A DNA stretch of 61,875 nt, counting the filler, from Choristocarpus tenellus KU-1152 (taxonomy: Eukaryota > Protista > Phaeophyceae): the NCBI GenBank assembly GCA_964200185.2. It is 15 parts of 15 records of this genome, joined end to end, with 100 filler letters (N's around TTAATTAATTAA, not from the genome) between each part and the next. Parts side by side here need not be neighbours in the genome. Positions count along the whole stretch, not along the records: positions 12,829 to 19,051 come from CAXNAD020008646.1; positions 19,152 to 25,019 come from CAXNAD020009553.1; 13 more parts are not named here. The stretch is one strand, 5' to 3'. Below, piece by piece: positions 13,608 to 24,201 of the stretch (position 1 is its first letter; each line of letters begins with the position of its first letter). A program made the position numbers and the translations under genes. The notes below the pieces were generated by a model. The model did no database searches. It worked only from the letters and a program-made list of their open reading frames with translations, and was not told where the DNA came from.

Positions 13608-16600
13608 GTGGACATCGAACAGCTGCACAACACGCTGCAGCAGCGATTCGGCACCCCAAGAGGTAGAAGGTCCTCCTCAGCAGCAGGGGACAGGTTGCCC
13701 CGCCAACCCGTGATGTTGACGACCACCAGCGGCAGTGAACCTACTGCTATTCTTCCCGGCAAGGAGTTTTGCTCTACTCAAGGCTCAGGAAATGCGCCCA
13801 TTGCAGCCCTGCCGGCCTCGTGTGCCACCTTGGAAAGGTTCCGAAGGAAACTGGCCTTGTCGTTCAGGTCTGGGGATGGGTGGGGGGGTACCAGGAGCCT
13901 GGCGCAGGCCTTGTCGGCCTTAGACACGAATGGCACCGGTAGGCTCACCAAGGTGTGTATGGGTAGGTAATGCCTTGCGAACGAAAGTACCTTAGAGAGT
14001 AAAGGCACATCCATTTGGGGGCCAAATTCCAACATTGCAATTTTGATGCGATTTTGGCTATCGTGTTTGTTAGGAGATGTTGATATCCTTGTTGCGGACA
14101 CAACCTTTCATAATAACGTAAACATTTTACCTACTCCGAAACATTTTGGAGCAGGTAAAATGTCACTAAAAACCCGTGGGAAGCCAACCCTCAAAATGGA
14201 CACAAGGGGAAAAACTCATACCCCTCTAAGATACTTTCACTCTTGTAATTTTGAGTGAAGTGGTTAGTCCACTCGTTTGACACTCCTGGAAGGGGCTGCA
14301 GATGAACTTCAGTGCCTCTGGCCCTTGCTTGAGTTTCATCACAAGGCACGGCATCACTCCCTGATAATATGTTTCTAGCAGCACCTATAGCTTCGAATGG
14401 TAGCTTTGTAGGGTAGGACCAAGTTAAATAGCCTGTATGTTGGGTGACAATGAATCACTGAGGTATGAATGAGGCCTCTGCAAGGTCTTGGAAAACCCTC
14501 ATTCTTGGCAATAAGGCAAGGTAGACACCACCATTCGAAATTAGTTGTGACAGCTGCCACTCAATAAGTTGGTTGCTTCTGTATACATATATATAATAGG
14601 CTCAATTATATATTGTGTACATATAGTATAGACTAGTATATACTATATATGCTGAGCCCTGTTTTTTGTTGTTAGGAGGGTGGTATGAGAGTGTAGGTCA
14701 AAATAGCTACTTTTATCCTGGAAGCCAGTCCTGCTCATGAGGTACACTACCTTGTAATAAAATATCACCCAAACAATCACAACACTGATGATGGTGTGCA
14801 AACACGAGTACATGCGACAGGAGAGGTCCACAACGGCGCTTACCTTACACCTCCTGCATCCCAGATAGGAAAAGATAGCACAGAGAAATAGATGTGCAAA
14901 GGAGGTGCAGCACACACTCTGGAACAGAAGTTTAGACAAATTTAACCTACTTGGGAGAAGAAAAACTTGAGCACACCTTTTCGTAATGGTAAGTAATACT
15001 ACACAACGTTGTTAAGATTGTTGATGGGGTTTTTTTTAACGACATCTGTCCCTGTCAAGATCCTAGCCCTCACCCTTAACTCAAACACTTGTGAGAGACG
15101 GCGACTAGGGTTATCTGCAACGTGACAGTGTGACTGTGACAGAGGACATGTCACTGGGAGGTGTGCGCATCAATAGCAAAGTCCCATAGCATCCTAGAGG
15201 GGCGGGGGTGGGGGGGTGTTCTTCCTTAAGTGATCTGTTCATTCGGGCTTGATGAGGGTATTTACAAGACACCCAAGTTTTTGATGCCCTTTTTGAGAGT
15301 GAGTTCTCTTCGGAGTTGGACTGGGGAGGGGGAGGGAACTGGAGGGTGCATTTAGATGAAGGAAGTTGCCCTTATCTCTGATTCGTTCACTGGTATGACA
15401 TCATGAAACCACTACAGGGTTACACAGGTCCCACGTGGACGCCTGCACCCCCTCTAGGATGTTGTGCCTCGAGGTGTTACATGCTTAGGGTTAGGGCCGA
15501 TTAGATATCACGGGATACAGACGGGATAGATCTTCCGTACCCACCTGATTCGCTCTCTCCTCAAGGATGTTCGGACAACAGCGGGTGTTAATACAGTTCC
15601 TGTGAAGTTGGGTTGGTTCAGGAAGTACAGGTTCGCCTTGATAATCCTGGAGTAGTGGGTAGTGGAATCATTGCAACCCGGGTCTAACACATAGTTTGTT
15701 CCAAAGAGTTACTACTACTACATTTATTTGTTGCCTGGGTGTTGTCCAGAACTCGAATCCCCCAAAAAGGAAGGAGTAACCGTGGCCCTAACTCTGACCA
15801 CCTTACCTCTAACCAACTCCAGGAGCAGCAATGCGTGAGAGGGAGAAGAGGCAAGGGGTATTTGACGCTGCGTTCATTGCACGCTGAAAGCACTTGAATA
15901 GAAGAGAGAAGTGGCTTTGTAATATTTGTAGACAATGTTGTTCCTCCCTCAATCCCTGACACTCCAACAACTCTTTGTTTTCGCGTGTGAGCCAAAGAAG
16001 TAAGCGAGAGTCACCCAGCTCTTGCCCGTTCTACATCATTAGCTACTAACTACCCTTTCAATCTTTTTTGCAATTCACCCATATTTCTATGGATGAACCG
16101 TTAAGTTCGACACGAGAGCGTTCATCTCTTCCTTTCATTTGAGAATTTTCCGACACACGAGCCAGAAATTTTTCCTGTAAGCGTTTTTTTTTTTTTTTTT
16201 TTAAAATAACTTTTTATGCACCCTGGTTTTTTTTTTTTGCCCTTCTTAAAATTCAAAAACCTGTGGTACCTCTCTCGTTTACTATGAAATCTGTGCTCCT
16301 CTTCGTGACGGCAAAGGGCATAGGACTAGCACAATCTCGTTGTTGGACAACAAGAATAATGACGAGATCAAGGGGGAAAGTGGCATTGTGTGAACGTGAA
16401 CGACTGCGATAAATCGGGTAACATGCGTATGTCAGTCGAGTTGAGCAAGTAGGATAAGTTTACCTACCCCCAAAAAAGAGTATTCCCTAACCCATCCTCT
16501 CTTTGTTGTTGATAATCTTGGCACAGCTTGCACCTCCCTCTGTTAACCAAGTGAAGCAACTGGCAAGTGAAAGTATCTTAGAGGGTACGATTTTTTGCCC

Positions 16601-17488
16601 TGTTTTTTTGTCCATTTGGGGATATTGGCTTCGCAGGGGGGGTGGGTTATTACGTTTTTTGGGAGTTGGTAAAATGTATACGTTTTGAAAGGTGTGCCCG
16701 GAACAAGGATATTGACACTTCCTACCAAAAACACGATAGCCGAAATTACATAAAAATCGCAACAGTGGATCTTTGATCCCAAAATGAACACAGCTCTACC
16801 CTCTAAGGCCCTCCTTTTGTTCATTATCACTGCCCAAATCACCCCCTTTCGCATCGGCACCTTAAACTACACAAACACCTCTTTCCAAAAAAAAATAACC
16901 CTACCCAGAAACAACAATATTAACAACAACGAAAATATAAATAACAAAAATAACACACCTATTTATTTATTTTTCCCAGGAGGAGCTGAAACGAGGCCTA
17001 AACAAGCATGGCGTCCAGGTCACCATGAAGGACATGGAAGACGTCTTCACATCGTTCAAACACACCCGCAACATTCCCCGGGGGGAGAGTGAAAGTTCTA
17101 GTTCTAGTGCTGGGGTCATGTGTCAGCAGACCCTGGACTACTGCGTGCTACTGCGTGGGGTCAGGGGAGAGCTAAACACACCCCGGACAAAGGCCGTGGA
17201 GGGCATATTTCGAAAATTAATCAAGCTACAGGGTGGAGAAGGCACATTTTCCGGGCGGGCAGAGGGGATCTGCACTAGCAGAGGCGCAGGCAATGAAAAC
17301 GTGTTGTTAGGACAGAATGATTTTGGTGGAAAGAAGGTTGAAGTGGAGGCCTTGAGAAAGGCGTTTGTTGGCACCCGGGGAAGGACCTCGGGGGTGGAGA
17401 AGGGGAAGTATGACGTTCTGTGCCCTCCTTTCCTACTGCCGGGATGGACAAAGGCGGTTACGCTTGAGGACTTCAAAGAGTACTACAG
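13608..17488 (+). CDS. Calcyphosin-like EF-hand protein, partial
   Basis: Exons 13608-13952 and 16980-17488 join in phase 0: LERFRRKL..GGTRSLAQALSALDTNGTGRLTK|EELKRGLNKHGV..DMEDVF..LDYCVLLRGVRGELNTPRTKAVEGIFRKL..VTLEDFKEYY. This follows the calcyphosin (CAPS) layout. Confidence 0.75.
13979..14242 (+). mobile_element. MITE family A
   Basis: TIRs GAACGAAAGTACCTTAGAGAGTA / CCCCTCTAAGATACTTTCACTC; TSD TTGC/TTGT; intronic, 26 nt after a donor site. Confidence 0.88.
15179..15470. mobile_element. MITE-like element family E (~290 bp)
   Basis: Perfect 13-bp inverted repeat CATCCTAGAGGGG (15190-15202) / CCCCTCTAGGATG (15449-15461); the right end is ...GTGCCTC. The TIR resembles family A (TATCTTAGAGGG). 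No clear TSD. Confidence 0.5.
16565..16807 (-). mobile_element. MITE family A, inverted, one end decayed
   Basis: AAGTGAAAGTATCTTAGAGGGTACG...CTACCCTCTAAG; the body is the reverse complement of other family A copies. Confidence 0.85.
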
Positions 17489-17544
17489 GTGGGGCATGTA
17501 ACAGCAGGCAGTTTGTGTCGAGGTTAATGCATACTGCAGAAATA

Positions 17545-17803
17545 GAGTCAAAGTATCTTAGAGGGTAGAGCCGTGTCCGTTTGGGGGTCAAAATCCAATG
17601 TTGCGAGTTTGATGTAATTTTGTGTGTGTGTTTGTTAGGAAGAGTCAATATCCTTGCTCTGGACACAACTTTTCATAATGTGTACATTTTACCTACTCCA
17701 TAACATTTCAGAGTAGGAAAATGTCATAGAAGAAGAAACGTGGAAGCCAAGTCTCAAACAGACAAACAGGGTAAATCTCATACACTCTAAGATACTTTCA
17801 CTC
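17545..17803 (+). mobile_element. MITE family A
   Basis: GAGTCAAAGTATCTTAGAGGGTA...TACACTCTAAGATACTTTCACTC; flanks share ATA. Confidence 0.88.
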
Positions 17804-17961
17804 ATACATATATATATATATACCGCACCTTGTTTTGAAGTAGATTTTTCGAAACGTTTCGTTTTTCTTAGAGTACTTTGCAATATCAATGCCGTCAAGG
17901 GCTGTGTCCCAAAAATCTGAAGGCAATAAATAATATCTATTTTGCTGACCCCCACGCCTCA

Positions 17962-18146
17962 GGGTCAAAGTATCTGGGAGGGGGGGGGGGTGTCGGCGTC
18001 CGTTTTTCACCCTATTTTCGCTTTTCACTTTTTTGGTGTGATTTGGTTGCACGTGTCCGATTTGAAATGTCAGCAAAAAAATGAGTTGTTAGACCGAAAC
18101 GGACGCCCCCGCACAAACCACCCCCCTTCCCCAGATACTTTGACCC
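17962..18146. mobile_element. MITE family B (185 bp)
   Basis: TIR GGGTCAAAGTATCTGGG / CCCAGATACTTTGACCC; 4-bp TSD CTCA. Confidence 0.88.
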
Positions 18147-18530
18147 CTCATTCTTGTGTTGTGCTGTGTCATGTTCCAAAAAACTCGTATCAATAATATC
18201 CTCCTTGCTTGGTTGTCATGTGCGGGGGTAGATGACTGAACATCCCAGCAAGTGTCTGGGGCAGTCAATTTTGTTAATAACCGCAAGCCTTTCCTGGGGT
18301 CAAGATTGTCGTGTTTCTCACTAGAAAAGAGCTCACGTATTACTTGGTGGTTGGGGTGTAGTTGAGGGGTGTGAGTAGCTGTTGCTCGATACATTCTGCT
18401 GTCATGTTTACTGGGTATGTTTCTGGTTGGAACACCCTCCCATGAGGTTGTCCCTACCCTCCCATGTGGTTGCCCCTGCCAAGTGCAAACCTTCTGCACT
18501 TGCCCAACTGCTCATGCCATGCAAGGACAA

Positions 18531-18692
18531 GGCTCGAAGTATCTGGGGGGGGGTGACAGCTGTCCATTGGGGACCCAATTTTCCATGTTACAATTCTTGG
18601 GTGATTTAGTTGCATGTGTCAGATGGATAATGTAAGGGCATTTCTCCTGGTTAGGGTCTGAATGGATACCCTCCCCCCAGATATTTTGAGTC
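18531..18692. mobile_element. MITE family C (162 bp)
   Basis: TIR GGCTCGAAGTATCTGGGGGG / CCCCCCAGATATTTTGAGTC; 4-bp TSD ACAA; homologous in inverted orientation to 26101-26283. Confidence 0.85.
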
Positions 18693-18993
18693 ACAACTTG
18701 TTTAGACATTTGTTTCCTTGTTGAGGGGGACCTGGCATCTTAGTCTCAAGGGAGAAATGCCCTTGCTTAAACATATGTTGCTGACTATGACAATTATAGT
18801 GATATTTGTCTACCCTCCTTCTCTTGGGAAAACATTTTTGGTGTGTTCAAACCTATAGCTACAGGATGCGGTGATCTCCAGCATTATCGGAAGTGGCCTC
18901 TTATCCATACTTTTTGTGAGTTTTTCTCTATGCAATGATTTATCGGTTTTTGGTGAAGTGAAGTTTTACCCAAAGAAGCAAATAACATTGAAA

Positions 18994-19051
18994 GAGCCAA
19001 AGTATCTTAGAGGGTAGAGCCACGTCCATTTGGGGGCCAAAATCCAATGTT
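18994..19051 (+). mobile_element. MITE family A, truncated by the contig end
   Basis: GAGCCAAAGTATCTTAGAGGGTAGAGCC... Confidence 0.85.
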
Positions 19052-19360
19052 NNNNNNNNNNNNNNNNNNNNNNNNNNNNNNNNNNNNNNNNNNNNTTAAT
19101 TAATTAANNNNNNNNNNNNNNNNNNNNNNNNNNNNNNNNNNNNNNNNNNNNAAGAAGGAGACAGGGAGAGGAGGGAGAAGGGGTGCAGGAGTGAGGGGGG
19201 GCATACCCACAATCGCTGATACCGCAGTTGAGACATAGAGTTTCTATCACCAGCCACAACAAATGTGCAGGCGTGCAAAAAATGGAAAGCTCATGTAACT
19301 GCCTTGGTCATCGCTGACGCGAGCGTCTAAGATTCTCTTTCCGTCGGGGTTGAAAAATAC

Positions 19361-20104
19361 CTTGGGGTGCCAGGAAATAAGCCCCACAAAAACGTACGCT
19401 AGACCCCTTGCCATCCAGTTCTCCAGAAAGCCGAAGTGCTTTGTGAACCGACGCCATTCCAGCTCCGAAAATACCACAAATACGCAGAAGAAAATGTTAT
19501 AGCTTCGAATAACAACGCCTCTCACTGGATCCACAGGCATCGGCGAAGGATACGGAGTGTTGTTGTGATGGCGAAGTATTGCGAGTTCAACTTGTAAGGA
19601 AAAAGGGACGGTCCAGACCATTGACTTTATGCTTTGCAAGTTATTACAAGAGTGTTTCGAATAACTTGTGGAAAAGGAGTCCCGTCTGACTCGCAATCCT
19701 CAAAGTCTAGAGGTTTATCCAGGTTGAAAACATCGATAGGCACAGAGTGCCAACAAAATTTATATTTCCTGAAGACTCGACCTCACCCGGCCTTACTTTT
19801 CACACCCACCTCCGAGTTCATCAAAATCTACGTATATGATGTAGCCATTGGCTCCGAGCACCACCAAGGCCAGCAATATAGTGAGGATTGTGATGAAGCG
19901 GAAGAAGCACAGCGTCTTTGACAAACCACGATCATCGTCCTTGGCAGATTGCGCGGACGACACTGGACGAGGTGTCACCGGCATCGGTTGCGGTGAAGTA
20001 GGATCGATACCGATTGTATCGCCCTCGGGAACCAGCTTCTCCCCGAGATCGGAACCTCCCCCAATCTCTCCTTCCTCCTTGACCCAAGAAGGTTCATCCG
20101 CCAT
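19361..20104 (-). CDS. COPI-associated (Tvp15-like) membrane protein, 5' part
   Basis: ATG at 20104; exons 20104-19810 and 19524-19361 join in phase 1. The peptide VVIRSYNIFFCVFVVFSELEWRRFTKHFGFLENWMARGLAYVFVG has the FGFLxxWxxRGxxYxFVG signature of the COPI_assoc family. The 3' end is off the contig. Confidence 0.75.
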
Positions 20105-20469
20105 TCTTGAGGTATTTCAAGAACTGTGACGCCGCCCTTTACAATGCCTATGCAACCGTCGATGATGCCAAAACCTTTGCCTTCTCTTTGCTCTTGGTCT
20201 CGTTCCAGTCAGGAGGGAACCAAGTTGGTGATGGAGCTAATCGACTAGGTATAGGACATGCAACAATAGGACAAATGTAGAAAAGTAAATTGTGATTGGT
20301 CGACGATTTTGAGTGTTATACAATGCAGACTGGTTCAACAATGAAACTGGTGGTTCCAACAAACTATGACATGTCAGGACCAGGTCCACCAAGTATTGGA
20401 ACCTGTCTTTGCGTGGACCGGACTAGAGTGGTGATTCCAACACTTTCATATTTTCTTTTTCCCTTTATA

Positions 20470-20897
20470 TGTAGTGGGGGCTGGTTCTGTTGGCGCTGAT
20501 AAAGCCGAGGTCCCGGGTTCGAGTCTCGGCGTGAGTACCACTGTAATGGGGTCTGGTTCTGTGTGATGGAGGGTGATGAGAACCACCAGAGATGAGGTTC
20601 AGAAAGGAAGTGAAGGACGAGACTGAGGCATGCTGGGTGTATGTTGACAACTTCAGATGTGGATCAATCTTCGATGCGATTGGTTGTGATCAGCCAGAAC
20701 AGAAAACATAATCTCGAGGTTTGCTGGTTTGAATCCACCGTTCATATCGGGGTTACCGCGTGCCACGTGCGTCTGACCCACAACACATCACTTGCCTTGC
20801 CCTCAATCATAAAAGGTGACGCGCGCAATTGTATATGACCGCGCGTATTATCCTCATCAATGTCGGAGATCCCAAAAAAGGTGACCTATCCCTGACA
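20470..20897 (-). mobile_element. Solo LTR (428 bp) with embedded tRNA-Ile 3' segment and duplicated U5 end
   Basis: TG...CA termini, 4-bp TSD TATA (20466-20469 / 20898-20901), and full-length homology to 45314-45735 in opposite orientation. Confidence 0.85.
20491..20540 (+). pseudogene. tRNA-Ile-derived segment (tRNA positions 27-76 including CCA) inside the LTR; not a complete tRNA gene
   Basis: TGGCG-CTGATAA-AGCCG-AGGTC-CCGGG-TTCGAGT-CTCGG-CGTGAGT-A-CCA has canonical anticodon arm, 5-nt variable loop, T arm, acceptor 3' strand and CCA spacing. The D arm and the 5' acceptor strand are absent. Confidence 0.85.
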
Positions 20898-21506
20898 TAT
20901 ACTATCAAATCATACTGTATCATATGAAGATACCGATTGGATCGGTCCGATTAGAAAAATCGAAGATTAATCGAAACCGAAACTCTTGGGACCCATTTCT
21001 TGTTTGTTCTAATACTTCTTTTTCTGGAATGTTTGGAGAAGGGAGCAAGGAACACACAAAACGACACAACCAAACACACAATAATAAAAACATACATGTC
21101 TAGACTGTAAGCCTCGGGAGTGCCCAGGTACTCCGAAGACGGTCAGGGTGGATTCCTACAAGGAAGGAGTGAGTATGATGTCGACACATCTGTCGGATGT
21201 ACCCTTCTGGTTGTGTATGTGTGGAGAATGATGGCAAGGAAGGCGATGTGTGGCACCAGGAATGAACTGTCAACTGTGAAGACGGGTCGCTGACCGAAGG
21301 AAGACCACCGCCGTCATATCGCCACCCACCACCACCACAGCATAATAGAATGCTGTTGTTTGGAATGTGTGACTAGTGTAGCCTTGTCGGATCAGGGGTG
21401 AAGGATGCCATGAAATCAAGTCAGGTAGCTGTTAGGGCCTATCCCACTTTTAGCCAATGAAAAGAACGCTTGGAGGAAATGTGCAGGAAGGATGTCAACA
21501 ATCAAA

Positions 21507-21761
21507 TAGTCAGACCGACTGAGGTAGGCAGGGTTGCATTTTAAGGATTTTAAGAAAGGGCAAAATATTCCATTTTGTACAATTAATTGCAGAAAGAGCA
21601 CTACTTGCTTAAGATTATGTGGTGTCACTATATTGTTGGAGGGGAAAACATCAATTTTGTGAACATTATTGTGTACATTAAACAATGAATTGGAATGAAG
21701 GTAAAACGCGGCTTGGAAAGCAGAAGGTCCAAACCTGTCTACCTCTCAATTGGTCTAGCTC
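21507..21761 (+). mobile_element. MITE family D (~255 bp), diverged
   Basis: TAGTCAGACCGACTGAGGTAGG...CTACCTCTCAATTGGTCTAGCTC; homologous to 21823-22082 and 25729-25986. Confidence 0.75.
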
Positions 21762-21822
21762 AAACCCAAAGAAGTGAGTACCAGCTCCAACCATCTCCAC
21801 CACTCCAACTATTCAAATGTTA

Positions 21823-22082
21823 GAGCCAAACCAATTGAGAGGTAGCCAGTTTGCCTTTTAAGGATCGCGAGAAAAGGACAAAATTAGGTCATTATGTAAT
21901 ATTCCAAAAAGGGGCCCTTTGCTTCATCGTGGTGTCACTTTGGGTGTGGAAAGGGGAATATCAATTTTGTGTGCACTATTGTGCACATAAAGCAATGAAA
22001 TAGAGTGTATTGCGTACGGCAAGAAAGGTGGCTTAGAGTGCAGAGGGGTCCAAACCTGCCTACCTCTCAATTGATTTGACCT
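21823..22082 (+). mobile_element. MITE family D
   Basis: TIR GAGCCAAACCAATTGAGAGGTAG / CTACCTCTCAATTGATTTGACC. Confidence 0.82.
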
Positions 22083-24154
22083 ACTGCCGATTACTGGGTG
22101 GTCGTTACAGTCCTCCGTGGCCAATGGCTGACTCACAGGGGGACCACCACCAATTTATTGTACAGATGGACACAAGCAGGATGGCAAGAGTAGAGAATTT
22201 CTTAGGGCATGTCATTTGCTTGTACTGCCTGCCGTCAGGCTTAACCCTAACCCTGTAAGTACTAAGCCCAATACAGAGTGCCAAAGTCGCCATCTCGCAG
22301 GATGAAACAACAATCAAATTTCCATATTTGAACATTTTACTCTCCTTTGTACTTACTCTATTGCAAAAGGCTCATCTCTATTAAACATTTTTTGTGTAAC
22401 AATGAGTGAAAATGTCACAGTCATCACACACTTTATTTTACCCTCCGCTATCATCATCATTTGAAGATACGACAAACACACATGCAGACACACAGACACC
22501 AACAATTAACACTACCAGAGCATGATGCGGAAAAAACAGACAGGCACACAAATCACAAGGCAAAAGGGCAGGCCAGAGGAGCTCTGCTTCTTGCCTGCTC
22601 CGCAGAAGAAGTGGTAGATATGTAGAAGCGTAAGAAATACAGGTGACAAGAATGGTTCTCGTTCAAGAGGCCCAACTCTGTCATGAACAAGACCAAGATG
22701 CGACCAGTGAAGTCCATGTAGAGATTGCAAGTCTGAGCAGACAAAAAAGACGATGAGTCCTACAGCACAGCAAAATCGAAGCGCATCATTTCAAGGACAC
22801 AAGACCCACCCCAACAACGACAGAAATCATTTTCCTAGGATGCATTCAGTGAACCTCTGCCTCCTCCCTATGTGCTGCTGGTACCTAAAGCACATGATAG
22901 GTAGTCTTCTCCCATCCATCCCATACTGTTGCGACACTCACTCCATCGTGACAAAGACACACCAAAACTTCTTGACCGGTGTACTGGTCAAGGACCTGCA
23001 TCTCTCCTGCAAGTTCATCATCATCATCTCTCCATTTCCGCGCACTACACCGTACATAGCAGCAGCACAAACAGAAACAAAAACATACAACCGTACATCG
23101 TTAGAGCTCTGGTGCACATGCTCAGGCTCCTTGCAGGGCTCCAGCACTGGCTCAGAGGAAACTCCAACCCAGTCTTTGGACAATACTGCCCCTCATCCAC
23201 CGCGCCTACACCCGCTCAGTGTCTTTAGCCCCCACTAGCCTGGTGCTGGCAGCCCTCAGCCCACTCACACATCCATACACAGAAGATGTGCCAAAGATTG
23301 AAGGGGTATCGACTATGGCACCGAAAGCAACCCCCCCAACAGATCAAATTGCATTCCACATTTACAACAGTAGGGCGCGTTCATCCTGCGATCTCTGCCT
23401 CCCCAGTCACAACATATACATAGACCCCCATGATCAATCTGACAAATCAAAAGATCTCTTCCCAGTCTGGTGTGGACGTCGAGTCGACTTCCGTCGTAGA
23501 AGTGCGGTCCCTTGTGGAGAGTCTGCCGTAGACAGGTCTTCCCTCACATCAACCATCTCCCCCACTGCAAACATCCCTCCATGCCCCTCCCCACCCACTA
23601 CATGCAGAGGTGATACAGGGCGCTCAATGGCTATGCTGCCCTCCACCCACCCTGCTTCTCCACCACCAAATTGGCCCCCCTGCTCCTGTTCCTCGTGTCT
23701 GCTACTACAGCAGCCCTCGACAACATTATTACAAATGATTTCAGCCCCTGGAGTTTCCAATCATTGCAAGAGCATGGTATCATAAAGGAAATTTACGAAG
23801 GGGCGTGCGGACGGTGTGGGGCGATCAGGCCAGATGAACAATATAGCACGACGAGAGAATGGAACGCCTGGAGGTTAAGGGGGTGTCACAACTGTTGGGC
23901 TGCAGGAAGAGAGGGAGTGGGGGCAGAGGCGAGAGGGGACAGAGATGTACAATTACTTGTAGATGCTGGAGGCTCGAGGGGATAGAGATGTTGTACAATC
24001 ACTTGCAGGTGGTGAAGGCTAGAGGGGCAGGAGGGGGATAACACAAATAGACAGACGGGCATTGGGAGGTCAATCAACAAAGGTGCATCTGGTACACCAT
24101 CACCAATTTGCTCCCAATTGTTGTCTGTTTTGTATAAATCTTTGTTCATATGTT

Positions 24155-24158
<4 letters not shown>

Positions 24159-24199
<41 letters not shown>
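24159..24199. repeat. (TG)n microsatellite
   Basis: About 20 TG units, directly visible. Confidence 0.95.

Positions 24200-24201
<2 letters not shown>

Noticed and set aside
15500-16480. Decayed gag/DIRS-like coding sequence in the calcyphosin intron
   Set aside because: Looks like eroded coding DNA, but no diagnostic motif could be identified.
18865-18915. Next exon of the calcyphosin-like gene
   Set aside because: There is a good GTGAG donor, but the obvious acceptor is out of phase with the preceding exon and the peptide does not match the calcyphosin C-terminus.
20491-20540. Functional tRNA-Ile(GAT) gene
   Set aside because: No D arm, A box or 5' acceptor strand; CCA is encoded; it lies inside an LTR.
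22753-23785. 161-aa and 188-aa ORFs as genes or an intact LINE
   Set aside because: Pro/Ser/Thr-rich with no domain; only faint RT-like echoes (MNKTKM, IIFLGC), too weak to call.
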